64,000 nucleotides of DNA from Candidatus Poribacteria bacterium (GTDB taxonomy: Bacteria; Poribacteria; WGA-4E; WGA-3G): contig OZ242029.1 of NCBI GenBank assembly GCA_965205015.1, positions 4,000,001 through 4,064,000 of the forward strand, in the 5' to 3' direction. Positions 57,785 through 64,000 of the stretch are shown one piece after another (position 1 is the first letter of the stretch; every line of letters starts with the position of its first letter). The position numbers and the translations under genes are program-made. Below the pieces are notes generated by a model. That model made no database searches, had not been told where the DNA came from, and was given only the letters and a program-made list of their open reading frames with translations.

Positions 57785-59038
57785 ATGAAAGGGGTTATCT
57801 CAGTGAAAAAACACTCGTGTTTAACAACCTTCGTTTTACTACTATTGTTAAACTGGATAGTATCCGTTGCTCACGCAGCAGAACTTAAAATCGAAAAGAC
57901 GCTCACCGAAAGTGACGGTTTGGCATCTAACACAGTGCTCACCGTTTTCGAGGACAGCCACGGTAATATATGGTTCGGAACAACTGATGGACTCACCCGT
58001 TATGACGGAAACAATTTCCAAACCTTCACGACGGAAGATGGATTGGTGCAGAACACGATAGGTCTTATCTTTGAAGACCAGCGAGGAATCCTCTGGTTCG
58101 CTGGTGGTGTGCTTTCAAGTGTTCCGGAAAGAGGAAAACCGATGGACATGTCTTGGATGGAAACGCCATTAAGCGAACTCGATATCACGCCGCATGACGA
58201 ACCACCCGAAGGAATGACGAGGCGTATTCCATTAAAAGGCGTGAGCCGCTACGACGGACACGAATTCAGAATCTTTACGACTGCCGACGGCCTCGCCGGT
58301 GATACCGTTAAGGATATCTTTGAAGACGAAGCCGGTACGCTTTGGTTCGCAACAGGGTTCGGCGTGAGTCGCTACGACGGTGAAAATTTCGACACGCTCA
58401 TGGCGGACGGACCTATAGGGATGTTTACATTACCTGAGGCATGGAACGCGGTTGAGGCAATCGCACAAGATACCGCTGGAAATTTTTGGTTCGGAAGCCA
58501 AGCGGGTATCAGTTACTACAATATCCAAAGGTCTCATTTCCGTTATTTTGCTGTTGATCCGGATTTCACACCTTTCCAAGAGATGGGGCAAGCACGGAAC
58601 GCTCATATAACCGATCTGCAGTTCGATGCGGAGGAAAACCTCTGGATGAGCCAAGATGATACAGACGAGGAATATGTCGGCATTCGTCAATACAACGGCA
58701 AAAAACTGACGATTTTTCCACAAAGTGAAGCACTTCCGATGAATAGCGTTAACAACATCATGCAGGATAGTAAAGGTAACCTCTGGTTTACGGGTGTTAA
58801 GAAACTACCTCCCAAGATGCATGAAACCGAAGACAGTGTTAGCATGATTTTTCCTGCAGTTGAATCCGGTGTAAGTGTATACAATGGCAAAACGTTCCAA
58901 AATTTTAACAAAGACGACGGTCTGCCGAGCGATCGTGTTTGGTCGGTATTTGAGGACAGCCGCGGCAAACTCTGGTTCGCCACGGATGCCGGTGCCGCAG
59001 TTGGGGTTTATCTTCCATCTCAAAACTCGGACAACTAA
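57785..59038 (+). CDS. Secreted Reg_prop beta-propeller protein (paralog 3; start may be GTG 57803)
   Basis: Signal peptide AHA|AELKI; colinear with 52519-53742. Confidence 0.9.
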   Translation: MKGVISVKKHSCLTTFVLLLLLNWIVSVAHAAELKIEKTLTESDGLASNTVLTVFEDSHGNIWFGTTDGLTRYDGNNFQTFTTEDGLVQNTIGLIFEDQRGILWFAGGVLSSVPERGKPMDMSWMETPLSELDITPHDEPPEGMTRRIPLKGVSRYDGHEFRIFTTADGLAGDTVKDIFEDEAGTLWFATGFGVSRYDGENFDTLMADGPIGMFTLPEAWNAVEAIAQDTAGNFWFGSQAGISYYNIQRSHFRYFAVDPDFTPFQEMGQARNAHITDLQFDAEENLWMSQDDTDEEYVGIRQYNGKKLTIFPQSEALPMNSVNNIMQDSKGNLWFTGVKKLPPKMHETEDSVSMIFPAVESGVSVYNGKTFQNFNKDDGLPSDRVWSVFEDSRGKLWFATDAGAAVGVYLPSQNSDN

Positions 59039-59096
59039 TCAATACTACAAAAATCCTTTATAGTAAAACCCGTAATTACTTATACACTAACACAAG

Positions 59097-59117
59097 GGCG
59101 AGGATACAATCCTCGCC
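59097..59117. repeat. Perfect short palindrome (REP-like)
   Basis: GGCGAGGAT-ACA-ATCCTCGCC. Confidence 0.5.
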
Positions 59118-59218
59118 AGCGGTGGTGGGGTGTTTGTTCCCTGACGAACTGTAAACATATTTTTGGATTTTACTATAATATTCCTAAGGCAATGGCAATA
59201 ACGAAGGGGGCAAAACAG

Positions 59219-62200
59219 ATGAAAAAGATTCTTCAAAACATCACTTGTTTTTGGATGGCGATTCTCTTTGGAATCCCTTTCCTGTTGATCGGTTGTGTTA
59301 AAAAAGAGATTACCCGCAAAGCCGATTGGGAGACCCATTTCCAAGGCATCCATTTTGTGGATGCCAAGCACGGATGGATCGTCGGGCATCAAGGCTGGAT
59401 TCTCCATACCGCTGACGGGGGCGTGAATTGGGAAAAACAGACGGTGAACACAAATGAGGATTTCAAAGCCGTTTATTTCACAAACGTGCGCAACGGCTGG
59501 GCAGTTGGGGACAAGGGGTTAATCGCCACGACTGACGATGGTGGACGGCATTGGACGCTACAGAACAGCGGAAGCCATGCTTTGCTTTTGGATGTTTTTT
59601 TCGTCAATTCGAAGCTGGGGTGGGTTGTCGGACGCGATGGCGCCCTTTACACAAAAAATGGTGGAAAAACGTGGCATCATCAGGCGATAAGCGAGTTTGG
59701 ACTTGGGGGCACCTGGTTCGTGAGCAAATATCGCGGCTGGACGGTTGGCGACTATAACCGGAGTTTTTTGACAAATGATGGAGGACAGACTTGGCACAGA
59801 CAGGGGAGTTTGGTGAGAGAAGACCAAATGCTTTTCAACGTCCAGACAGTCCATTTTATCGGTGATTCTAAGGGATGGTGCGGTGGCACAGATGGAACCA
59901 TCTTTCACACCACCACAGGCGGCACACAATGGCAACAACAGGTGAGTCGATTTCCGCTGGTGATGGGGCATATCGCTCCAACTGTTAATGACATTGATTT
60001 CATGAACGATGACCAGGGTGTAATGGTCGCTCAGGGTGGATTTATCAATCGAACAGAGGATGGTGGAGACAATTGGCAATTGGTGGAAAGTCCGACCAAG
60101 AATGACTTAACCGGTGTTCAATTCATAAGTCCAAAAGAGATATGGGGGGTCGGTTTAAATGGTACGCTGCTGCACTCGATTGATGGGGGGACGACGTGGG
60201 ACATGAAAAGCGGCACGACAGCAAACGACCTGAACAGTGTTGCGTTTGCAGACGCAGACCGCGCGGTTGCTGTTGGTGAACATGGTGCTATCACGATGAG
60301 CCAAGACGGTGGTAAAACTTGGACCGACCTGGATATGGATGTTTGGCATCGGATTCGGAACCTATCTTTTGCCACTGACAGGGAAGGTTGGGCAGTTGGA
60401 GATGGCGGACTCATCCTCCACACCACCGATGCAGGTCAAACGTGGGAACGGCAAACCAGCGGTTGGTGGTATACCCTCAATGCCCTTCATTTCATCAATT
60501 CAAAAAAGGGCTGGGTCGTCGGAGATTTAGGCACAGTGCTTCATACAGTGGATGGTGGAGAAACGTGGATTCAACAAGCACCCCGCTACTTTCATGAGAT
60601 GATTAAAGGGATCTTTTTCCTTAACGAGGAAGAGGGCTGGGTGGTCGGATGGCCCGGTATTATTTTTCAGACACAGGATGGTGGGATCACCTGGAAACGA
60701 CAGAATAGCAACAGTTACAACGAGCTCTATGCCGCCTACTTTGTTGACAGACACACCGGCTGGGTTGTTGGACAATTCGGCGAAATTTTACATACCTTAG
60801 ATGGCGGCAAAACGTGGAAGTTTCAACGGAGCCGAACACAAGCACATCTCAACAAAGTCTATTTTGCGGATGCAAATCACGGGTTAATCGTCGGCGATGA
60901 AGGCGTGATTTTAACCACCACCAATGGAGGCGTGACGTGGGAGTTGCAGAAAAGCGGCACGTCTAACGATCTTTATAGTTTCTCGCTTTCCCCCGATGGT
61001 ATCCTTGCTGTCGGTGAAGGCGGGATTGCGATGCGATACTCTGTGGATACGGAGCAGTTCACTGTCGAGTTGCCGCCTGCTGCGCAAGAGATGGAAGCGG
61101 CGTCCGAATCGGTGGAACCGGTTGAATATTATTGGGAGGTTGTTCGTCAGGGAAACTGGCGCTCCCATTTCACTGATATCTATTTCCTGTCGGCACAGCA
61201 GGGGTGGGCAGTCGGGGGTGGCGGCATCATTTTACATACTGTAAATGGCGGCAAAACGTGGCAACCCCAACAAAGTAGTGTCACAAAGGATTTGCAGCGG
61301 ATTCTCTTTATTGATAAAAACTACGGTTGGGTTACCGGTCAGGGTGTGTTACTACGAACGGAAAACGGGGGTGAGACATGGCAAGCGATTCATGAGGGGC
61401 TACAAAACTTCCGAAGTATCCGGGCGATCTACTTCGTCAACCCCAAGGAGGGTTGGATCGGGGTCGATAAGGGGCAAATCTTGCGCACCAGCGACGGCGG
61501 CAAAACCTTCCGCTTGCAGAAAACCGGGACAACGAATCAGCCAATCGCGGACCTACATTTTATTGATAGCAAAGAGGGGTGGGCGGTTACCCCCCAACGG
61601 CGAGAGGGTGGATTGATTCTGCACACCCTTGATGGGGGGGATTATTGGCAAATTCAGGCACGGACACATCAACGGGGCGTCGGTGTCCATTTTTCAAATG
61701 CCCAATCGGGTTGGGTGGTTATGAAAGATGGGAGTTCCCTGCTCACGACAGATGGCGGGGAGACATGGGAACAAACCTCGAGAATAGATTTCGGAATCCG
61801 TCTCCATACCGTGAAATTCCGCAATCACACTGAGGCGTGGGGATTTATTGAGGGGGAAGCAATTTTCACGACGCAAAATCGAGGCAAAAGCTGGGAAACA
61901 GTCCGTTTTTCGCTTGGAACTGAAGCTGCTGACACCGAGGCACAAAGTTGGATAGAACAGATGATAGAGGAACGTCCCTTCAATTTGATGCCCCAAATTA
62001 CCAACGCACATTTCTTGGCGGATGGCAGAGGTTGGGCAGTCGGCGGCGTGCTGGTTCAAGAGGGGGCTCCCGATGGGAAGGATTTTGACAGTCTTAATAA
62101 GACACAAGCGTCTGGCGGTCAGATTTATTATACGACAGATGGTGGGAAGACTTGGGCGCATCAATTTGGTGAATCGCTTGATGACTTACGCGATGTCCTG

Positions 62201-63058
62201 TTTCTTGATGAACAGCGAGGGTGGGTTGTCGGAGATAATGGAGCCTTATTTTCAACAGCAGATGGCGGAGAAAGTTGGAGGCGTTTGAGGAGTGGTACCA
62301 CCCAACGCATTGTCGATGTCCACTTTGTGAGTCGTAATCCGGAGTGGGGGTGGGCGATGACCCGCAATGGGTCCTTGCTTTACACTGTTGACGGTGAGGA
62401 TTGGTCAACAAACTTGCCAGATGGGCTTGCAAGCGACATTCTGGATAAGCGGGAACTCCGTCCGGGTGCTGCGACTTCCATAAACGATGCTGCCTTTGGC
62501 AAGTTTTCTGAGGGATGGGCTGTCGGTCAGAGTGGAGAGATTTTCCACAATCAGGATGGCGGTTTAATTTGGACACTTCAACGCACTTCAACCGGAAAAG
62601 AGCTCATGGGTATCGATATGAAATTCGCACCGCTCGGCTGGGCGGTTGGAGCCAACGGTGTCATCCAGCGAACTGTCAACGGCGGTGACTATTGGAAATT
62701 TCACGAGACCGACACGGGCTATGATCTCTATGCGGTATCCTTCATCAGTAAACGGAAAGGGTGGGCAGCTGGGCGGGGTGGGATTCTTTTGTACACTTCT
62801 GACGGTGGATTTACTTGGACACCACAGTTGAGTCGTCTACCAGAATCCCTGTACGATATTTTGGCACTCTCTGAACAGGAACTTTACGCTGTCGGCGCCT
62901 CTGGAACCATTATTCATTCCGCAGACGGTGGGGAAACGTGGGAGCGGGAGCATACCGAAATTGACAATGATCTGTACGCAATCACGCAGGTCAAAGAGGG
63001 TAATACACTGTGGGTCGTTGGGCAAGGCGGCGTTGTGCTGCGGCGTCCTAAACGCTGA
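59219..63058 (+). CDS. Large YCF48/BNR-repeat beta-propeller lipoprotein (copy 2)
   Basis: Lipobox LIG|C; colinear paralog of 53834-57655. Confidence 0.9.
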   Translation: MKKILQNITCFWMAILFGIPFLLIGCVKKEITRKADWETHFQGIHFVDAKHGWIVGHQGWILHTADGGVNWEKQTVNTNEDFKAVYFTNVRNGWAVGDKGLIATTDDGGRHWTLQNSGSHALLLDVFFVNSKLGWVVGRDGALYTKNGGKTWHHQAISEFGLGGTWFVSKYRGWTVGDYNRSFLTNDGGQTWHRQGSLVREDQMLFNVQTVHFIGDSKGWCGGTDGTIFHTTTGGTQWQQQVSRFPLVMGHIAPTVNDIDFMNDDQGVMVAQGGFINRTEDGGDNWQLVESPTKNDLTGVQFISPKEIWGVGLNGTLLHSIDGGTTWDMKSGTTANDLNSVAFADADRAVAVGEHGAITMSQDGGKTWTDLDMDVWHRIRNLSFATDREGWAVGDGGLILHTTDAGQTWERQTSGWWYTLNALHFINSKKGWVVGDLGTVLHTVDGGETWIQQAPRYFHEMIKGIFFLNEEEGWVVGWPGIIFQTQDGGITWKRQNSNSYNELYAAYFVDRHTGWVVGQFGEILHTLDGGKTWKFQRSRTQAHLNKVYFADANHGLIVGDEGVILTTTNGGVTWELQKSGTSNDLYSFSLSPDGILAVGEGGIAMRYSVDTEQFTVELPPAAQEMEAASESVEPVEYYWEVVRQGNWRSHFTDIYFLSAQQGWAVGGGGIILHTVNGGKTWQPQQSSVTKDLQRILFIDKNYGWVTGQGVLLRTENGGETWQAIHEGLQNFRSIRAIYFVNPKEGWIGVDKGQILRTSDGGKTFRLQKTGTTNQPIADLHFIDSKEGWAVTPQRREGGLILHTLDGGDYWQIQARTHQRGVGVHFSNAQSGWVVMKDGSSLLTTDGGETWEQTSRIDFGIRLHTVKFRNHTEAWGFIEGEAIFTTQNRGKSWETVRFSLGTEAADTEAQSWIEQMIEERPFNLMPQITNAHFLADGRGWAVGGVLVQEGAPDGKDFDSLNKTQASGGQIYYTTDGGKTWAHQFGESLDDLRDVLFLDEQRGWVVGDNGALFSTADGGESWRRLRSGTTQRIVDVHFVSRNPEWGWAMTRNGSLLYTVDGEDWSTNLPDGLASDILDKRELRPGAATSINDAAFGKFSEGWAVGQSGEIFHNQDGGLIWTLQRTSTGKELMGIDMKFAPLGWAVGANGVIQRTVNGGDYWKFHETDTGYDLYAVSFISKRKGWAAGRGGILLYTSDGGFTWTPQLSRLPESLYDILALSEQELYAVGASGTIIHSADGGETWEREHTEIDNDLYAITQVKEGNTLWVVGQGGVVLRRPKR

Positions 63059-63087
63059 TAGGCGTTAACCTATCTCATAAACGTTTG

Positions 63088-63141
63088 AATATCGTGCGGA
63101 AACACGCGAAATACACAGCCGTCTCTGCACGATATTTTTTT
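63088..63141 (+). terminator. Possible terminator hairpin
   Basis: AATATCGTGC(GGA)...(TCT)GCACGATATT followed by a T-tract; loop is long. Confidence 0.4.
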
Positions 63142-63427
63142 GTTTATTACATTTTCCCAATTTCCTCAAAATCACACAACAACATCCCCTTCCTAAATGG
63201 CGTTTACGTCAGTCCTGACTTTAACAATTTCAGATACTTTTAATTCCTCAGATAAAAATCCAGATTTTTCGCTTTATGCACCCTTTCCATTCTTAAACCG
63301 TATCATTAATTATAAAAGCGTGCCACATACCCTTCACGAAAGTTGGTTGTGCAAAACCTGATTCTCTGAACAATAAATGAAAGAGCATCCGTATCGTAAT
63401 ATAGAATAGAATTAAAGGAAGTCCAAT

Positions 63428-64000
63428 ATGTTAATGACCATGATTCAAAAAGAGATTATGCATCACATTCTGAGCGTCCGTTTTGTCGCCCTCCTTTTGA
63501 TGTGTCTCCTCCTCGTCCCGCTGACCCTTTCTACCAATTACCGAAATTATCGCCAGAACTTAGTGGATTATCAAGAAGCCGTTAAACTCGCCAACATTGA
63601 AGAGACCACCGTAAATCCGAAGCTACCGCCGCAACCGGAAGTTGAAGTTTCCAAACTTTTTTTCAAACCGACACCGTTGAGTGTCTTCGCAAATGGATTG
63701 GAGGACTCACTCCCGAGTTACCTCGGCATGACGCGTAATGGAATCACACAGGGACCGCCATCTACGTTTTCAGCACCTCTTACCCAACTTTTAGGACATC
63801 TCGATTTTCTATTTGTGGTAGGTACTGTCTTCAGTCTCCTGGCACTACTGTTCACATTTGATGCCGTTGCTGGAGAAAGAGAAGCGGGCACATTGCGGAT
63901 CACTTTAGCGAATTCCTTGCCGCGCGATCTATTTTTATGGAGCAAATTGATTGGCGGATACTTGGTATTCGTTGTTCCATTTTTGGTTTCTCTTCTATTC
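63428..64000 (+). CDS. ABC-2 type transporter permease (3' end outside window)
   Basis: AAGGA RBS; MLMTMIQKEI...; LD...V...SLLALLFTFDAVAGEREAGTLR...N.L.R. Confidence 0.85.
   Translation, partial: MLMTMIQKEIMHHILSVRFVALLLMCLLLVPLTLSTNYRNYRQNLVDYQEAVKLANIEETTVNPKLPPQPEVEVSKLFFKPTPLSVFANGLEDSLPSYLGMTRNGITQGPPSTFSAPLTQLLGHLDFLFVVGTVFSLLALLFTFDAVAGEREAGTLRITLANSLPRDLFLWSKLIGGYLVFVVPFLVSLLF

Noticed and set aside
53834-63058. Photosystem II assembly function implied by the YCF48 label
   Set aside because: The label reflects the BNR-repeat propeller fold only; no photosynthesis genes are present
63311-63330. Sigma54 promoter-like TGGCACG on the minus strand
   Set aside because: No TTGC at the -12 position and it points away from the downstream gene

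Overview
A gene-dense bacterial window, most likely from Candidatus Poribacteria or a close relative. This is inferred from the C-terminal 'VxP..KL.T.WG.LK' motif proteins, PhyH, FGE-sulfatase, ECF-fusion and YCF48/Reg_prop genes, and the repeat families; taxonomy cannot be proven from the window alone. 1-17 kb holds a near-complete but atypical type II secretion cluster (gspE, F, G, H, I, J, K, a PilM/PilN-like fusion, an M/O-like gene, and a secretin with six N-domains). Two secreted proteins carrying the same C-terminal motif sit inside or directly after it. Several of its genes contain in-frame copies of intergenic palindromic repeats, notably in the pseudopilin leader peptides. 17-50 kb is a mix of transport and metabolic genes, tRNA-Asn, two pseudogene remnants, a ceruloplasmin-like two-domain multicopper oxidase beside an Fe3+ ABC transporter, DUF4956-CotH, and an rpoE/rseA/rseB-like locus; an ECF-type promoter motif recurs before four transcription units. 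50-63 kb is a tandem array: a membrane-spanning ECF sigma fused to a beta-propeller, two free paralogous propellers and two giant YCF48/BNR lipoproteins, with signs of mosaic recombination. No CRISPR array, rRNA, integrase, transposase or reverse transcriptase was seen.
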